Virus record (IMG/VR): IMGVR_UViG_3300020190_000004
Length of the DNA stretch: 64,000 nucleotides
Direction: 5' to 3' (one strand)
Source of the DNA: a virus
Lineage: Duplodnaviria > Caudoviricetes
The translations under genes were made by a program, and so were the position numbers. Below are positions 25,339-34,100 of the stretch, piece after piece. Position 1 is the stretch's first letter. The number at the start of each line of letters is the position of its first letter. The notes beneath the pieces were generated by a model. That model was not told where the DNA came from, ran no database searches, and saw only the letters and a list, made by a program, of their open reading frames with translations.

Positions 25339-26166
25339 CTAGAAATGTATATTTTCTCTTTCTCTAAACCACAGGTTAATTGCATATTTTTGTCCCTTTT
25401 TAACGGGAAGACCAGCGTGCAGTGTTTGTGGGTTTGTTTGATTGCTGTTCTTTAAGCAATTTCCGAAAACAAGAAGTTTACCCGTCTCGGGCGTGATTGT
25501 TAAGTTAAGCAACTTAAAGTGAGTTTCTCCGCCTTCTTCTACATCATTAAGATATACCATTGTAGTAAAGATTCTTTGGCCACCGTCTTGTAAGTTAATA
25601 GCATCTAAGGAAAAAGAATCTGTGTGATAATTAAAGTACTCTTCTTCATCATACAGAATTACTTGAAGCTTTTCTGCTGTATTTGATGAAGCATTTACTA
25701 TTTGAGAAATCCTTTTAACTATATTGGCAACAACTTCATCATGATTGTGTAAAAAGTAACAAGCCTTGCATTTACGATGATTACTAACTTCATTTGTTTG
25801 ATTACTCTCGTTGTATATAGTGGCTGCTTGTAGATGTTCTTGTGATATTTCTATTATGTGATCGCACTCTTCTTTACTTAAAAAATTATCTTTTGAAAAA
25901 ATAATTGGGTAGTTGCTATGTATGTAAAAGTCTTCTTCTGGGGAATTTTCTATTTCAGATTCTACATTTTGCATAAAGTTTTCAAAGTCCTTTAGTAAAT
26001 TACTAAAGGACTCTTCGGCGTCTTTTCTTTTTTCATCTAACAATCCTATATCAGTTTCTATATCAGTTAAAGACTCATATATCACTTTTAGCAATTCTTC
26101 TTTGGGTGTGTCTTCTATAACAGCTTTTTGAATTGCATCCCAGTGATGTTTGACGCATTCTTTCAT
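25339..26166 (-). CDS. Prolyl-4-hydroxylase-like 2OG-Fe(II) oxygenase with an N-terminal coiled coil
   Basis: YHTDSF (HxD), QRIFTTMVYLNDVEEGGETHF, TLHAGLPVKKGQKYAINLWFR. Confidence 0.9.
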   Translation of the reverse strand: MKECVKHHWDAIQKAVIEDTPKEELLKVIYESLTDIETDIGLLDEKRKDAEESFSNLLKDFENFMQNVESEIENSPEEDFYIHSNYPIIFSKDNFLSKEECDHIIEISQEHLQAATIYNESNQTNEVSNHRKCKACYFLHNHDEVVANIVKRISQIVNASSNTAEKLQVILYDEEEYFNYHTDSFSLDAINLQDGGQRIFTTMVYLNDVEEGGETHFKLLNLTITPETGKLLVFGNCLKNSNQTNPQTLHAGLPVKKGQKYAINLWFRERENIHF

Positions 26167-26447
26167 ATTTCGCCGTTTAAGATTTTATTGGCCGCGAAAT
26201 TTTGTAAAGTTTTTATATCGCGGTCATACTTAATCGCCATTTCCTCAAAAAGCGTCGTTTCTTCAGCTTTAACTTTTTCAGCTTCAGCTATCACCCGCGC
26301 AAGTTCTTTTTCAGCGATCTCGATTGATTTTTGTACACTGATCGCTTCTTTGCTGATTCTTTGATAGTCAAGAGTTAAAGACTTAATCTTGTCGGTTTCT
26401 TCTACAGAAAAGTTTATTTCTGCATTTTGGGTTTCATTTAATGACAT
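26163..26447 (-). CDS. Coiled-coil hypothetical protein
   Basis: 94-aa ORF with heptad-like charged helix. Confidence 0.65.
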   Translation of the reverse strand: MSLNETQNAEINFSVEETDKIKSLTLDYQRISKEAISVQKSIEIAEKELARVIAEAEKVKAEETTLFEEMAIKYDRDIKTLQNFAANKILNGEI

Positions 26448-26508
26448 TAGATGAACTTTTTAATTTGTAATATAGTTATCCTTATTACTTATATACAACA
26501 TACATCTA

Positions 26509-27168
26509 TTAGTTTTGGGTTGTATTCATATGTCTCTCAAGAGTTCTTAGAATCCAGTAACTATCGATGAGGTCATCTATAGGTTTTAACCAAGAACCTT
26601 TCTTGTTTTGAAAAGCAGTAGGATTAGATGTAAGATTTTTCCAGAAAAGGTGATCGCGCAAGTCTGAATCTTCTTCGGCTAAAAAAGCATCTATCATTTG
26701 TTCTTTCTTGAAGTTTCCTTTACCTGCGGTTGCTTTAACCGTCATTGGAGCAAACACCCACATATCATCTGCATTCAGCCCAAAGGTCAATGATAGGTCG
26801 TGACGAAGCAACCACTGATAACCACTTAACTGCGCTAGTCGGTTTCCCGTTGAGCCGAAAGAAAAACCTTCTATTCCCCAAGATTCAATACATTCATCTT
26901 TACAACTCTTAATCGCCTTTGTGATTGCTGACACCTCCATCCAGCTGTCGTTTAGTGATGATCTCTCACGTTCAGTTAAGATTGCTGTTTTAGGGACGGA
27001 CGGTTCTTTTTGTAATTTTGTGACAAGAACTTTGCACGATTTTAAAGTGATCTCCAAGTCTTCTTTAATTACATCAGTCCGTGGGAAAGATAAAAATTCA
27101 AGAGACCCGTCTGTATATCTTATACAAACAGCCGGAGACTTAATTGAAAAGTCTACTCCAAATATCAT
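26509..27168 (-). CDS. RuvC-like Holliday junction resolvase
   Basis: IFGVDFS, GIEGFSFGS, APMTVKATAGKGNFKKEQM, DDLIDSY. Confidence 0.8.
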   Translation of the reverse strand: MIFGVDFSIKSPAVCIRYTDGSLEFLSFPRTDVIKEDLEITLKSCKVLVTKLQKEPSVPKTAILTERERSSLNDSWMEVSAITKAIKSCKDECIESWGIEGFSFGSTGNRLAQLSGYQWLLRHDLSLTFGLNADDMWVFAPMTVKATAGKGNFKKEQMIDAFLAEEDSDLRDHLFWKNLTSNPTAFQNKKGSWLKPIDDLIDSYWILRTLERHMNTTQN

Positions 27169-27497
27169 TATGTTAGGTTTCGCGCGATGCTTGCACCAAG
27201 AGCAGCTGATACCAATCTTGATGTAAACATATCATAGAGAATTCCGCGTTCCACACCCAAAGCATTTGCGATGATTTTACCAACAGCTGGCCCAATCACA
27301 AATCCTGCTAAACCACCAACGATAGTACCAAGAAGCCCTTCATCAATTCCTTCAAAGCCATGTTTCTTGATGTGTTCAGACAATTCTTTGTAAACTCGCT
27401 CTGCTTCTTTAACCTCTGATTCTGTGAGATGCTCTATTTCATAGCTCTCAAAGATAGGCTTGAGAGATGGGTCCTTAAATTCTCTAAATGATTGCAT
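27168..27497 (-). CDS. Glycine-zipper hydrophobic protein with a short leader-like N-terminus
   Basis: Starts MQSFREF..IFES; GLLGTIVGGLAGFVIGPAVG; GATATATA motif 18 nt upstream. Confidence 0.6.
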   Translation of the reverse strand: MQSFREFKDPSLKPIFESYEIEHLTESEVKEAERVYKELSEHIKKHGFEGIDEGLLGTIVGGLAGFVIGPAVGKIIANALGVERGILYDMFTSRLVSAALGASIARNLT

Positions 27498-27515
27498 TGT
27501 TAAAAATTATTTTTC

Positions 27516-27523
27516 TATATATC
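27516..27523 (-). promoter_or_regulatory. Putative late promoter GATATATA
   Basis: Exact motif 18 nt upstream of the ATG at 27497. Confidence 0.55.
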
Positions 27524-27524
27524 A

Positions 27525-28070
27525 CTACTGCAACCTCTTTGCAATCTTGATGTAGTTAAACTTAAAGTTCATGTTAAAGTTTTTGAACTCAGCAGTATTA
27601 GAGGAATAGTTAAGTTCAAGCTCTGATATTGATGTCATTAGGATTTGATGTAATTCAACAGCTATAAATTCAAAGCCAGTTTGGTCAAGAAATGATATTG
27701 TCACGTCGGGTAAAAACTTTTCTTTGTTATCTAAGTCATAAAATGCTCTAAACATATCAAACATAACCCAATAATTAATGTAACCTTCATACAACTTAAA
27801 TGTCAAGTTAAACTCACGTGTTAAGTAACGTTCAAGTCTTAAGCCTCCTTTAGAAGTATAGTTATCCTCATAAAGAATCTGTTCAACAGATTCGGCCGCA
27901 AGCGCCGGAAAGGTACACGCTTGTATGCTTGCTGTCATATAATCGTGTAGATTCTGGTAAGGTATAGGTAATCTTTTAAGATACGTCTCATACCTCTCTA
28001 CTATTGAAGGGTAGAAGAACCCACGATTAAATCTTACTATAAAGTTATTGCTCTTAGAAGTAAGAATCAT
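27525..28070 (-). CDS. Tail tube-like / baseplate tube initiator protein
   Basis: 181 aa, beta-rich; FNLTFKLYEGYINYW and ISELELNYSS..FNMNFKF; located in the structural block. Confidence 0.45.
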   Translation of the reverse strand: MILTSKSNNFIVRFNRGFFYPSIVERYETYLKRLPIPYQNLHDYMTASIQACTFPALAAESVEQILYEDNYTSKGGLRLERYLTREFNLTFKLYEGYINYWVMFDMFRAFYDLDNKEKFLPDVTISFLDQTGFEFIAVELHQILMTSISELELNYSSNTAEFKNFNMNFKFNYIKIAKRLQ

Positions 28071-30202
28071 AGTTTAAGATCAATTTTTTCTAAAGCAGAA
28101 GAAGATATACTTTGCGCTGTAACTTCTGTACTGGGTTCTGATGGCTTAACTACATTAGGAGTAATTGCATTGTTAATGTTACTGCTTAAGTTTTGCATAA
28201 CACCAGGTATGTCCACCAGATTAAGATCTCTGCCACCATTAGCACTTGATGCTGCTTGATTAAGTGCACTAGTAACACCGGCAGAAGACGAAGAAGCGTA
28301 CGTTAGACCTTGCTGTGCTTGGGATATTTGGCTTGCTTGTGAAGATGCAAGAGTTTCATTTGCCACGGTGCCTTGTGTTGTAGCAGCTGCTGCAGCAGAA
28401 ACCGTGCTAACCAATGTATTGCTTGTGTTAGAAAGAGAATTTACTTGCTGCTGCATTGAAGATAGCATAGAAGATGTTTGGTCTCTAGTTATCATATCTC
28501 TATCTGCTTGGTTAGCAAATTTACCTGAATATATCAAAACTTCATCACCTTTATCATTCTTATTTATTATGTAGTATTCTCTTTGGGTGCCATTCAAAAG
28601 CTTTGTTGAAATGCTATCATCAATCCTAAACATTACTTCACCTGCTCCTGCATCGACAGCTTGTGGTTCTTGCGATGGGTCAATGTAAATCTTGCTGTTG
28701 TCGTCTAGTATAAACGCAAGCTTAACATTCATACCGTTTGAAGACAAGTTAAGTGAAACGGTTTGTTTCTTGTCCGGAGACAAAGTGTAAATCTTAAACT
28801 TTACGTAATTGTCAAATTTGTTTATGAAAATGATATTTTTGCCTTGAGGAAAGATTCTTTGCCCACCCCCGCCCGGTATACTGCCAATATCAGTGGTACT
28901 ATCAACACTTATGAAATTTACATCATAGTATGAATTAACATATACATTTTGAGTCATGATTGTTGGAGTGCCAATATATTGAACACTCGTTTCAACATCC
29001 GCTTCAGAAATTTTAACAATCTTGTTGTAAACTTTAACAGGTCTGAACCCTTCAAGAACGTTTATCTTTTGAATTTGAGCACCATATTTTTTAGGCTCAT
29101 TTGAAGTGAATGTAGCTTTTCTAACGATTTCCTGTCCGTTTGCTTTGTTTAACAGGCGCATTGTGTACTCAACGGTAAATGTAATTGCAAGAGAAGCATT
29201 ACGTATGATTGGCCTAAAAGCTACCGGTACATTAAGCGCAGTAGTCTGAAGTGAAGTCATGCTGAATGTATTCAGGAACGCAGGTCCTAATTGTTCATAC
29301 ACTTCTATCTGATTCACAACGGCCCAATCACCCCCAGATTCATTTAACAAGTTTATGTAATCTTCCATAAATTCTCCATTCCAGGTAGGAAAGTATTCTA
29401 TGTAATCATACTCAGGATTTTCTCTAACCACCGCAGATATGTAAGAATACACATCAGCCTGATTAAAAGAAGATTCATAATAGTTCCCGGTTATAAAGTA
29501 TCGGTTGCCTTTTTCTACTTGTGTAGTGGTAATTTCATATAAGCAAACATTAATCTGTCCTCCTTGTAAGAACCCGGTATAGTCAAATGTATATTGGTAG
29601 CCAAAGGTATTTGGTGCAACCGGTGAATTCCAAAAATCAAAGTTAACTTCTGCTAAAGAAGGTATCTTAAACTCAATGTATCTGTCGTATAAACGATCAC
29701 CCAAGAAAAACGGAACAAGACTAAGTTTTACTTGTGGGTCTCCTTTGAGATATGTTTGTGCAGCTGCTGTAAACGGAGTTCCTGCGGCTCCACTTGGTGT
29801 CCATTGATTCCACTTAAGTGCTAAGATAACGCCGTCAATCCCTTGAAAATCATAGCCCGATAAAAAGTGAAGCTTTACTTTATCATATTTAAGATTGGGA
29901 ACTAGACTCGTTGTTATGTCAGAAACTGTAATGTTTGGGTCTATAGAAATGATAGGACTTACGCTGTCAACATCAAGATAACCCCATTTGTTGCTCTCTT
30001 TGCTGACCATCACAGCACTATAGTCAAGGACGTTTCCTGTTAATGCTGTAGCTTGCGCGTTATTCAAAAACTGATACTCGCGAGTATAGTTATTGTACAG
30101 CCTTAACGCTTTTGCCTGCGTTGTGCTGATTGTCTCTGATGAGTATGTGTACTCAAGGAGTGCATATTCCGATACCTGAATATATGTTGAAGTTCCTGGC
30201 AT
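28067..30202 (-). CDS. Virion structural protein (711 aa)
   Basis: Long beta-rich ORF in the structural block with an S/A/Q-rich C-terminus. Confidence 0.55.
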   Translation of the reverse strand: MPGTSTYIQVSEYALLEYTYSSETISTTQAKALRLYNNYTREYQFLNNAQATALTGNVLDYSAVMVSKESNKWGYLDVDSVSPIISIDPNITVSDITTSLVPNLKYDKVKLHFLSGYDFQGIDGVILALKWNQWTPSGAAGTPFTAAAQTYLKGDPQVKLSLVPFFLGDRLYDRYIEFKIPSLAEVNFDFWNSPVAPNTFGYQYTFDYTGFLQGGQINVCLYEITTTQVEKGNRYFITGNYYESSFNQADVYSYISAVVRENPEYDYIEYFPTWNGEFMEDYINLLNESGGDWAVVNQIEVYEQLGPAFLNTFSMTSLQTTALNVPVAFRPIIRNASLAITFTVEYTMRLLNKANGQEIVRKATFTSNEPKKYGAQIQKINVLEGFRPVKVYNKIVKISEADVETSVQYIGTPTIMTQNVYVNSYYDVNFISVDSTTDIGSIPGGGGQRIFPQGKNIIFINKFDNYVKFKIYTLSPDKKQTVSLNLSSNGMNVKLAFILDDNSKIYIDPSQEPQAVDAGAGEVMFRIDDSISTKLLNGTQREYYIINKNDKGDEVLIYSGKFANQADRDMITRDQTSSMLSSMQQQVNSLSNTSNTLVSTVSAAAAATTQGTVANETLASSQASQISQAQQGLTYASSSSAGVTSALNQAASSANGGRDLNLVDIPGVMQNLSSNINNAITPNVVKPSEPSTEVTAQSISSSALEKIDLKL

Positions 30203-30212
30203 TTTAGGATTC

Positions 30213-30707
30213 TTATTTGAATATCAACGCAATGATTAAACCAATTACACCCACAGAAGATATACTTCCGCCGAGTATTGAGTTAAGTTTAACTCTTTTA
30301 ATTTCGTCTTTGTGTAATCTTATTTCTTCATCTTTCTTTTTAAGCTCACGCTCAAAAGATTCACCCTTTTCTTCTTTAAGAGTAATCTCTCTTTGTAGTT
30401 TAACAATCTGCTCATCTTTGTTGTTTAAAGACTCGCGAAGTTTTTTGATCTCAAGATCTTGTACGGCAATTACTGCGTCTTTTTGCCCGATAACTCTTAG
30501 ACACACTTCATCATATTTGCCAAGCTCTCCATCAAGTTTTTCAAATAACAAAAGCAGGTCTGTGTTGTTGTCAAGTTCCTGCGCTTGTTCAACTGTCATA
30601 ATAACTATTGCTTGTCCCAGAGAATCTACCTCCAATCTTGGGTATTCTATTTGAGCTGATATGGCACAAGATAGAAACATAAAAAATGCTAGTAAGTATG
30701 TTTTCAT
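30213..30707 (-). CDS. Spanin-like protein (signal peptide, coiled coil, C-terminal TM)
   Basis: MKTYLLAFFMFLSCAISA|Q signal, long coiled coil, C-terminal hydrophobic VGVIGLIIALIFK. Confidence 0.45.
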   Translation of the reverse strand: MKTYLLAFFMFLSCAISAQIEYPRLEVDSLGQAIVIMTVEQAQELDNNTDLLLLFEKLDGELGKYDEVCLRVIGQKDAVIAVQDLEIKKLRESLNNKDEQIVKLQREITLKEEKGESFERELKKKDEEIRLHKDEIKRVKLNSILGGSISSVGVIGLIIALIFK

Positions 30708-31120
30708 TGTGTTTTAAGTTTAAGTGACTTTAATAAATCATTCCCTTTTCTGTTTGGCGGTTGATTCTTTAATTGTTGTATCTTTTTACGAGTTTCGGAT
30801 AAAGCCGTTCTTGTAGTATTGAGCTCTTCTTGTGAACGATTAGCTTCTTCTTTTGCTAAAAGAACTTCGCTCTCAAGACGAGCAACTTCATTTGCCAATT
30901 CTTCTTCTCGAACTTTTAAAGTAGCAAGTTCAATTTGTATTTTTGAAATTGCCAGGTCAAGCGAGTCTCGTAATGCGTGTTCTCTGTCATATTCTTGCTG
31001 CAGCTGTTCTAACTTATACTTGTAAAGGCTGTCTTTCTTAAAGAAAGTTGTAGCACCAAAGATCAGTACAAGTACGACTAATACAAGAATTGCGATATTT
31101 TTAGGGTCTCTATATTTCAT
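30704..31120 (-). CDS. i-spanin-like protein (N-terminal TM plus coiled coil)
   Basis: Likely start MKYRDPK at 31120; IAILVLVVLVLIFGA TM helix followed by about 90 aa of coiled coil. Confidence 0.45.
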   Translation of the reverse strand: MKYRDPKNIAILVLVVLVLIFGATTFFKKDSLYKYKLEQLQQEYDREHALRDSLDLAISKIQIELATLKVREEELANEVARLESEVLLAKEEANRSQEELNTTRTALSETRKKIQQLKNQPPNRKGNDLLKSLKLKTQ

Positions 31121-31121
31121 A

Positions 31122-34100
31122 TTATTTTTTGGTATAGTCGGTTTCTCCATACTGAATTATTCCTTGACCGCTTAGTGTCAGATATTTGTATGGGTTTGTA
31201 ACACCAAAGTTTTTGCTATCAAATTTATGTGAAACGTGCATAATTGGTTCGTTAAACATAATCTCTAGTTCAAAGGCGTTGTTTGTGAGATTGCCCGCCG
31301 AAGCAGTGGTTTCTTGCCATCTTGTGGGGCGCATTCTCCATGAAAAATTCTTAGTTCTGCTCATCGTTTGAACACCCCATGCACCAACATAAGCTGGTAA
31401 GTGATACATAAATCCCAAAGCAGCAGCACCAGTAGCCCCTGTTGAAATTAGGCCAAACAGATCTTTACTTATCTTTGCATTAATTACATTTCTGTTTGAG
31501 CCGTGGTGTATAAAACTTTGCGCTGGTGCAGGTGTTACACCAAACTCATCTATGTTTGTGAATGCATAGTTTGAACTTGAATAAAATTCAGAAGATGTGC
31601 CGTTTGGGCTCCAGTCAAAAGTTGCTGCTCCTAATATGTTTCCGCTCCATGAAAAAGGATTAGCTCTAAAGGATGGCGCATCTATTGCGCTGTCTCCAGG
31701 TAGCCCTGGAACTGATGTGCTAGTATTTAGCGTATCTTCATTTATGTCGCCGCCCACAACAGCAGATCCTGGAAGCCAGTTCCTGTATCCGCTCCACATA
31801 TGAAACCAAGGTCCGTTCCCATATTCATCTTGAGTAAAATCGTTTCGTGATTCATCAAAGTCTGGGTTGTATATAAAACTTAGTGATTGCGTCATTCTTG
31901 GTACTCCAAAATCTAGGTATGCATCTAGGTCAGAAAATCTTATATATGCTCCACTTGGACTATCAAATTGCGGATTGTCTACCTCAACAGTTATATTAAA
32001 GTCAACGAATGCAAATTCGCTGTTTATTCTTTTAAAGCGAATTTCAGTTGCCTTTGATTGCCAGCCTATGGCTGATGTTTCATCAGCATAATCTGCTTTA
32101 GTTCCCTGAAAAATTCTATAGAAGTGATCTATGTTTCTTCTTGCAGCTGCTCTTCTATATGTAGTATTTACATTTGTGCCTGTTCCTTCAAAAGATGTAA
32201 ATGACCCGGTTGCGCCTAAAGCAGCAAAGTCCGACTCATAGTTACTTATTGGAAGTACTTGTGCATATTGCGCAGATGTAAAAGCTGCAGTAAGTCCGGA
32301 AGCTGGATTTCCTATAGCTCCTCTATTTTTTTGATATTTGTTATAGTATAAGACATAATTTAGAGCTTTAGGGTTATCTTCGCTCACTTCACCTCCCGAT
32401 AAACCAGCTGTAACACCCGCAAGACTTGTGATATATGGCGATGATGCACCTGTTCTACCGTAAACCATTTCAGCAGTAACCACCTGAGTTAGGATTAGTT
32501 TTTCTATATTTCCAGTTGCGGTATTTCCACCGGTTGTTCCTCCTCCGCCGTTTCCTCCTGTGTAACCGGTCCCGCTTGTTAGTTGTCTATCTATGCCATC
32601 TTCATGTTCTTTGCTACCCATATGATCGGTAAACACCATGAATGTTCCGCCGGTGTTATCGCTCTTAGGTATGAAGTACTCGCGAAGAGGTGATTCATTT
32701 TGGGCAGATTGCACAACTGTATTTACCTTTTTGTACGGTTCTGTTAATGACCCGGGTCTGCTAGAATCAGGATTCTTTTCTAGGAAAGTAAAGATTAACT
32801 TAGGAGATTTTTGTCTATGCTCTTTAACTTTTTCATAAGAATAGTTTCCAAGACCGCCCGGTAAAGCACCACCTGTTGCGCCTTGGCCTGAAATCCCAAA
32901 GCCTTCTCCATAAACAAAGTTATTTAATCTTAAGTTGGCGTCTCCACGTTCATCTGCTGTATTAATTAAGATAGCAATAGTAGCCCCTAAAACCATAGTA
33001 ATGCCTTTAACCGATCCGCTATCTCTATTCATTCCGCTCCACTCTGCAGCAAGAGCGCCAGCTGGGGCAGTATAGCCTGGGTATGTCTGAGGGCCACCGT
33101 TATTGAACTCGGTTGGGTGAGGGTACACAATTACCGCAAAATTGGTGGATGTTACAGTCCCAGACTTTGTAAAAGTTATTCTTGAATCAACTATTCGCCC
33201 TTCATCATCTGTTGTTAATTGCCATGAAGTTATTCCTGTTATTGGTGCAGTAAACTTAATGTAGTTTATTGGCGTTGCTACTAATAGAGTTGCGTTAGGC
33301 GGATATCCGTATCCATTTTGAGCAATAGAACGGCCATTTCTACTCCAAGCCTTTTCAGCAGCAACTTCCAATCTTATGTATTCTTTTTCCGTTGCATTTG
33401 CGTTTATCTTAGCAGCTGGAGAGTCGGCTGGAGTTTCGGGGTAAGATACCCCATAGTCAATTAAGCCATAAGCACCAGTTCCGCTGTAGTACGCGTATGC
33501 ATAAGATGTACCAGCGCCCGCGGTAGTACCTGGGTTGGTTTCTTTTGAAGTTGCTGGGGTGTATCGCAAGTAACCGGTGTCAGTGAATCTGTCTAATGAT
33601 GGGTACGCGTCAAGATCCCATCCTGCAGCGTTACCAACGGCAATGTTACCGTTTCTATCAAAAACAATTTTCATTTGGTTAAGAACATCTCGTGTTCCTA
33701 GTCCGCGTTGCTCCCACTGTTCATAAGCATAACCACCGTCGCGCCCTCTTGGAATCGTAACCAAACCAATTTCTCCGTACGGTGAAGATATGATTGCAGC
33801 AGCACCGTTATTTCCGCGTTCATAATCGTTATCGCCGTCAGTTCCTAAAACCCAGCGAGTTGTGTCACGATTATCTCCGTTATTGTTTCCGTCTGCTGCA
33901 GAAACGTCTCTGAAAATGTTAAACCCAATGTAAGAAGCCGCTTCCCACCAAGCATTAGCTGTTCCTCCGTGTCTGTAAGCACCGTTTACCGTGACAGCAG
34001 GATTGGTTGATGGCCAAGCTTCATTTGATGCTGCTCCTGCTGGCCAAGGAGCAAATGTACGTGTCGGGGAAAGAGATTCTCTTGTAGGATATACCGCAGC

